DNA of 64,000 nt from Camelus dromedarius (taxonomy: Eukaryota): contig NC_087437.1 in assembly GCF_036321535.1 (NCBI RefSeq), positions 111,292,001 to 111,356,000 on the forward strand, in the 5' to 3' direction. Below are positions 60,947 to 64,000 of the stretch, piece after piece. The position numbers and the translations under genes were made by a program. Under the pieces are notes generated by a model. That model did no database searches. It was given only the letters and a program-made list of their open reading frames with translations, and was not told the DNA's origin. Position 1 is the stretch's first letter, and every line of letters begins with the position of its first letter.

Positions 60947-62149
60947 ATGTAGATACAAGGCACACTTAGTTGTTAAGTCAATCATAGAGAATAATGTAAA
61001 AATAGAGTTGCCAAAATTTTTTAATGTTTTTAAAGAAAGAAAAATAATGCTCACATAATTTGTTTCCACACAAAAGATACTTAACTCATATATTCGTAGA
61101 AAAGGAGAGTTGCCTGGGTTATTAGACAGGATTCCAGCAAGAAACACTTCATCCCAAATGGTGTAGATAAAGAGACTGTGATGAAGGCTCAGTACCTGAG
61201 CCGGGCAGGGATAAGGGAAGGACCAAGGATGGGAGGGGGGCCCCAGGTGCCAACCAGAGGGGAAGCTGTCCCCACCCCTGGGCCTGGAGGGAGGAGGAAG
61301 AAGGTGGTGTCATCTGGGCCCAGTGAGGAATGGCTGAGGGGACGAGGAGAGCTGCCTGCTCTCTCCCCTCCCCTGCTCCATGGGCTGCTGGAGCAACAGC
61401 CACCAGCGTCCCAGAGGGCCTGGGTAGTGCAGGCAGGGGAGTCAGCCTCCCGGCACAAAGCAGCCCAGAAAAGGGCACAGAGGAATCTGGAGAATGACCA
61501 GCAGAGTTGAGTCTATTTGATCTAAAGCGTGCATGTATTTTGTTGTATTTCTTCACATCCATCGTGTATGTTTCTTTCATAAGCATCTATTGAGCTTCTC
61601 TGATGCTTTCAGCACTGTCGTAGGTGCCCGGGATGCAGAGATGGGAAAACCACCCATTGAGGACTGTGGACCCACAGAGCTAATATTCCAGTGGGGAGCA
61701 GGGTCAGACAATAAAAACGAAGCAGAAGGTGGTGATGGTGGAGAACCGGGAAGAGGAAGAAGGGGTGGGAAGATCACAGTCTTGTTCTGAAGCTGTAGCT
61801 GAGCTGCTCCACCCTCTGCAGGGACCTGACCCATGACAGAGCCCTCCTGGGCAGCAGCTTCAGTGCCCGGCACGCAGGGCTGAGGCTGTTTCCTTGCCCT
61901 GCTTGGCGCTGGGGCCCCGGCCTGGTGTGGAGAGGCTATGCTCCCGTCGGCGGGCAGAGGTGGCCGGAGCGGAAGCCTCACACCAGCCTCACCTGGGGGA
62001 GCCTCTCGCCCTCTTGCTCTATGTGATCGCTCCCATCCTGAGGGTGTCATTTTGTGGCTGGACCTAGCCTCCTCTTTGCCTGACTCAGCATAGCATGGCT
62101 AAGTCTTGGTACAATCACATGTCAGCTTTGTGCCCTTGGCCCAGTCTCT

Positions 62150-62310
62150 CAACTGCTCTGTGCATCAGTTTCTCATCTGTAAAATAAAAATGCCAATAAA
62201 TAGTACCTGTTGTTGGCATGAGGTCACATGATGACAAAGCGCTTTAGATGATAAAGTACTCAGAACAATTCCTGGCACGGAGCAGAACCTAAGCGCATAG
62301 TTACAGCAGC
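62150..62310. mobile_element. MIR SINE
   Basis: tcagtttctcatctgtaaaat...aatagtacct...cagaacaattcctggcacggag. Confidence 0.7.
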
Positions 62311-63419
62311 AGCAGCAGTTTCCCCCTTGATTGAATGGCGCTCCGGGGCGGCGGGTGAGCCAGACCTGGAAACCAAAAAGGCCATCCGTGGAGAGATAGG
62401 TGCGTGGGGATCCAGCTGATGGGGATGGGGACGAAGGAGGTGCAGCCAGCCTGGCCTGGGCTGGCTGAGCAGAGGGTGACGGCAGAGGGCAGGCTGGGCC
62501 CTCAGGGTGCTCAGGCAAGTCTGCCGGAGGTAAAAGGGGACCACGGGGAAGCTGCTGGGGGCCCCAGGCCACCATGATTCGCTGAGCCTTGGTATCCCAG
62601 CTTTTTCAGTAGTCCTCCCTCAGGCTCTCAAGGGTGGGGCAGGGCTGAGCCTGGAGGTTAAACTGCTCTTTGAGGCAGAGCTGGTCACCTGCAGATGGGG
62701 AACCGCCAGCCCAGGTGGGATTTGAATGAAGCTCATTCACCAGCGGTCAGGGAGAGTGAGACATACGCTCACAGGTGGGTGGACCCTTGGTGTTACTGGA
62801 AGGCTGGCGGGTTCTCTTTTCCAAGCTCTTGAATATCTCTTTTCCCTCATCCCCTGTGTGCCTGGGACTTCTACGCTGCCCTTAGGCTGGCTTCTAATGA
62901 TCAGCCATTTAAGCCTGACCTCCCTCCCCACCCCGGGTCGATTTACAAGTCACAGTTTCTTCTCTTTCTTCCACTCTAGTAGCCTCATTCCTGAATACTT
63001 ATCTGCGGGGCCTAATTGATGAAACTTAACCATTGGACCCATTCTACACCTCGAGGGGCTGACGGCCAGGAACGTTTGTAGTTTTTAAAATGATGCTGGG
63101 CAGCCAAAGGGCTGGGATTTGAAGTGTCAAGCAGGTTTTTTGTTTTCTGTTTTTTTCCTGATTCCAATACCTCTTGCTCCTTTTCTCTCCCCATTTTTTT
63201 CCTTCTCTCCCACCCTCTTGCCGTGGAAGGTGTTTCTGCTCCCTAAAGGTGTGCGGCAAGAGGGAAAAGGGGACCAAAGAATTTTTCTTTTTAAAAATTG
63301 CACTGCCCTTTCATTTCCACCTCCCTGAGCAGGAATATTTTTTCAGGCCTTTTTTTGTTGTTATTGTTCACTGTGAGCTTTTCTGGCCTTTTCTAAAGTT
63401 TTTTAAAAGAAAATTTTCA

Positions 63420-63860
63420 TTGCTAGCTAAGATACCTACATGCAAGTGTACCTTACACACAGAAATGTCATGCACGTACACTGCAGGGAGTTATCACAAA
63501 TGGACACACGGATGAAGCCACGGTCCAGCTCAAGAGGTGGAAACTTAGCAGGGTTTACAGGCCTCCTTCCCATGCCTGCGTCTGTGTTTAAAAATTTTCT
63601 ATTTGTCTTCTTTTAAGCCTGGGTTCTTTCCCTCCACATTAAGTCAACTTCAGTCAATGCTGCCCGAGTTCTCCAAGGCCACGTGCAGGGTTACCTTCTG
63701 CTCAGCAGCCTATGAAGAGTTACACCTGCTCCATATCTTTGCCACCAAATGACTGGGTCAGTCTTTCTCATTTTCGCTTTTCTAGTGGGTATCTATGGTT
63801 TTTCTTTTGACTTTAATCTGCACTTTTCTGGCGGCGAATGAGACTGAGCACTTTTTTTAT
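63420..63860 (-). mobile_element. Old L1 (L1M) fragments
   Basis: gttatcacaaatggacacac...; gctccatatctttgccacc...ttttctagtgggtatct...gagactgagcacttttt. Confidence 0.55.
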
Positions 63861-64000
63861 TTATTTTCACTTACTTTTCTTAACTAATTAAAAATCGTTT
63901 TGGCTGTGGCCTCAGCAGGGCCTAATCCACAGCAGATCCGTGACAGGGAACTTCAGATCTAAACGCATTTCCAAAATGTTCTGGTCATCTTTATGAGTTT

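Noticed and set aside
1..64000. CRISPR arrays, operons or other prokaryotic systems
   Set aside because: The sequence is mammalian with spliceosomal introns; no repeat-spacer arrays seen.

Overview
Mammalian genomic DNA, most likely camelid (five tRNA-Ala-derived SINE copies with vic-1-like structure). The + strand carries the 3' part of HUNK, an AMPK/SNF1-related kinase. Seven GT-AG exons (8006-8133, 15471-15606, 20011-20173, 23536-23619, 28646-28693, 33506-33686, 36291-36949) splice into one uninterrupted frame covering the kinase C-lobe, the UBA/SNH domain and the C-terminal tail, followed by a long 3' UTR with at least two candidate poly(A) sites. The upstream exons lie outside the window. 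The remainder is intron and intergenic DNA rich in MaLR/ERVL LTRs, L1, L2, MIR and DNA-transposon relics. Less obvious items read from the sequence: a near-full-length decayed mariner transposase (49.1-50.0 kb, minus strand), a hAT/Charlie transposase fossil in a HUNK intron, a frameshifted cTAGE/MIA2-like processed pseudogene with 3' UTR (59.8-60.7 kb), an intronic tandem CCAAT/CACCC array, and a short interstitial telomeric repeat. I see no evidence of a wholly new biological system. Repeat subfamily names and comparisons to known proteins come from recall of consensus sequences, not from searches, and repeat boundaries are approximate unless TSDs or termini are quoted.
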